Assembly (NCBI GenBank): GCA_900128565.1
Contig: LT635942.1
Coordinates: forward strand, 1 to 35,938
Length of the DNA stretch: 35,938 bases
Reading direction: 5' to 3'
DNA from: Stramenopiles sp. TOSAG23-6
Lineage: Eukaryota
In this document: one piece after another, positions 34,438 through 35,938 of the stretch
Layout of the letters: every line of letters begins with the position of its first letter
How positions within the stretch are numbered: position 1 is the stretch's first letter
Notes under the pieces: generated by a model
Database searches by the model: none
What the model saw: the letters and a program-made list of their open reading frames with translations, nothing else
What the model was told of the DNA's origin: nothing
Program-made: the position numbers and the translations under genes

Positions 34438-35871
34438 ATGCAACACTTTCTAACTTTCATTGTTTACGCCTCCATCATTCAAGGAACATTTTCATGCACT
34501 AATTATATGGTTACCAGAGGTGCATCAAATGATAATAGTACCATTGTGGCGTACAATTCTGATGGGTTTTCTCTATTTGGGTATCTTAAACACTTGCCAG
34601 CACAAGAATATGTCCCAGGAACTTTACGTGATGTGTATGACTTTACAAGTGGCAAATTTTTGGGTTCAATTCCAGAAGTATCGGCTACGTATAATGTGGT
34701 TGGTAACACAAATTCGGAAGGCCTTTCGATAGCAGAAACAACTTTTGATGGAATCGAAAAACTTGCAGAACCATTTCCTGGATCCATACTTGACTATTAT
34801 TCTTTAATGTGGATCACTCTTCAACGTACAAAAACTGCTCGTGAAGCAATCGCGACTATGGACATTTTAACTAGTAAATATGGATATGCGTCGACCGGAG
34901 AGTCATTTTCAATAGCAGATACGAAAGAAGTTTGGATCATGGAAATGATTGGTCGTGGGTTACATGAAAAAGGTACTGTTTGGGTGGCTAGAAAAATTCC
35001 TAATGGCGCCATCTCCGGCCATGCAAATCAGGCACGTATAGAATCCTTTCCTCTCAATTCCACAGATACTCTTTATTCTTCTGATATTTTTGAATTTTCT
35101 AAAAGGAACAATCTCACTGCACAAAATCTACCCAATTCAGAATTTAACTTTGCTCAAACATGTATGCTTTATTTTTTTTTGGTATGAATTTTTTTTTCAT
35201 ACGAAATTTTGTACCTAACATTTTTTTTTTGAAATATTTTTTCAGAATACATTTGACCCTATCACCTCAATTGGTGCACGCGCATGTGACCTTAGGGTAT
35301 GGAATTTTTTTCGTTTAGCTCTAGGCAAACAAAAAGGCAGAAAATTTGCAGATAAATATCTCGAATATGTGAAAGGTTACAATTTAAGTAGACGAATGCC
35401 TCTATGTATGTNGTATTTTTTTTTTAACAAAAAAATCGAATTTATTTTTCGTACGAAAATTTGTACCTAACAAATTTAAGTTTTTTTTTTTTGAAATATT
35501 TTTCAAAAATACATACGTACAAGTTGGTAATAATAAAGTGAGTGTCAATGATACGATGTGGGCGATGAGAGATCGATATCAAAACACGTGGTTTGATCAA
35601 AGTGGTCGTGATAAGCCCGACATTAGTGCAGGGCCATTCCATTCCCTAGTAAGAACAAGACCTTTAGCATTTGAATTGGGACAAAAAAAATATTCATTCG
35701 AAAGGAATGTATGTTTTATTTTTTTTTTTTTTGTATGAATTTATTTTTTATAGTAAATTTTGTACCTAACAAATTTTAGGGTTTTTTTTTTGAAATATTT
35801 TTCCAAAATACATGTTGGTTATCAAGGAACTTTTTTCAACTTTGTTGCCAATAGTCGTGGTCATTTTAAAT
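34438..35871 (+). CDS. Peptidase family C69 (dipeptidase/secernin-like Ntn hydrolase), 3'-partial; exons 34438-35161, 35253-35405, 35515-35708, 35814-35871
   Basis: Signal peptide then nucleophile Cys (TFS-CTNYMVTRGAS); GLSIAETTF, LQRTKTAREAI, YGYASTGESFSIAD..EVWIMEMIG, HANQARI. Spliced continuation FAQTFDPITSIGARACDLRVWNFF...RMPLYV...MRDRYQNTWFD...ERNVGYQGTFFNFVANSR. Confidence 0.92.
35162..35252 (+). other. Non-canonical intron E (GTATGC...AATACAT, 91 nt)
   Basis: Removal gives CAA ACA TTT GAC CCT (QTFDP); using the nearby CAG (35243-35245) gives an immediate TAA. Confidence 0.92.
35406..35514 (+). other. Non-canonical intron F (GTATGT...AATACAT, 109 nt)
   Basis: Removal gives RMPL-YVQVGNNKVSV; full family motifs present. 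Confidence 0.9.
35709..35813 (+). other. Non-canonical intron G (GTATGT...AATACAT, 105 nt)
   Basis: Removal gives FERN-VGYQGTFF; in-frame stop inside; full family motifs present. Confidence 0.9.
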
Positions 35872-35938
35872 GTATGTTTTATGTTTTTTCAAATTCGATT
35901 TTTTTTTCGTACGAAATTTCGTACCTAACGATTTTTTT
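35872..35938 (+). other. Intron H of the same family (5' part; runs off the window)
   Basis: AAAT|GTATGT followed by TTTCGTACGAAATTTCGTACCTAAC. Confidence 0.85.

Noticed and set aside
35243-35245. Canonical TTTCAG acceptor for intron E
   Set aside because: Gives ACA TAA (immediate stop and frameshift) and loses the conserved FDP...GAR motif.
35515-35523. In-frame downstream AG acceptors for intron F (TACAAG) and intron B (TTCGAG, 28041)
   Set aside because: Formally possible, but they delete likely conserved residues (YVQV; the Cys of PCVRGE), and the other five complete introns have no comparable AG. Not fully excluded without cDNA.
211-35642. Numerous short alternative-frame and antisense ORFs (e.g. 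20095-20502, 20505-20930, 28033-28311, 32035-32454, 35442-35642)
   Set aside because: Shadows of long coding frames or intron read-through; no recognisable motifs.
35162-35938. CRISPR-like repeat/spacer array
   Set aside because: Repeats are ~100 nt and degenerate, the spacers are in-frame C69 exons, and there are no cas genes.

Overview
AT-rich eukaryotic (protist-like) genomic window, standard genetic code, with a few N bases suggesting a metagenomic or single-cell consensus. It holds four genes. (1) A giant, 5'-truncated + strand gene (<1-31555, about 10,400 aa or more once joined) encodes a cysteine-rich multidomain cell-surface protein with a multi-pass membrane C-terminus; the ORF track splits it because of three +1 frame breaks and four introns. 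(2) A signal-peptide + SKP1/BTB-like + LRR protein (- strand). (3) A tiny Qb-SNARE-like protein (- strand). (4) A 3'-truncated peptidase C69 gene (+ strand). The main discovery is that all 8 introns visible, in two unrelated genes, belong to one family of sequence-similar 89-109 nt elements, and none of the 7 complete ones ends in AG. The consensus is exon-RT|GTAYGT...TTTCRTACGAAATTTTGTACCTAAC...TTTGAAATATTTTTTCAMAATACAT|exon, i.e. GT/GC-AT (or, two bases shifted, RT-AC/AT) non-canonical introner-like introns with internal hairpins. Removing them restores conserved protein motifs exactly.
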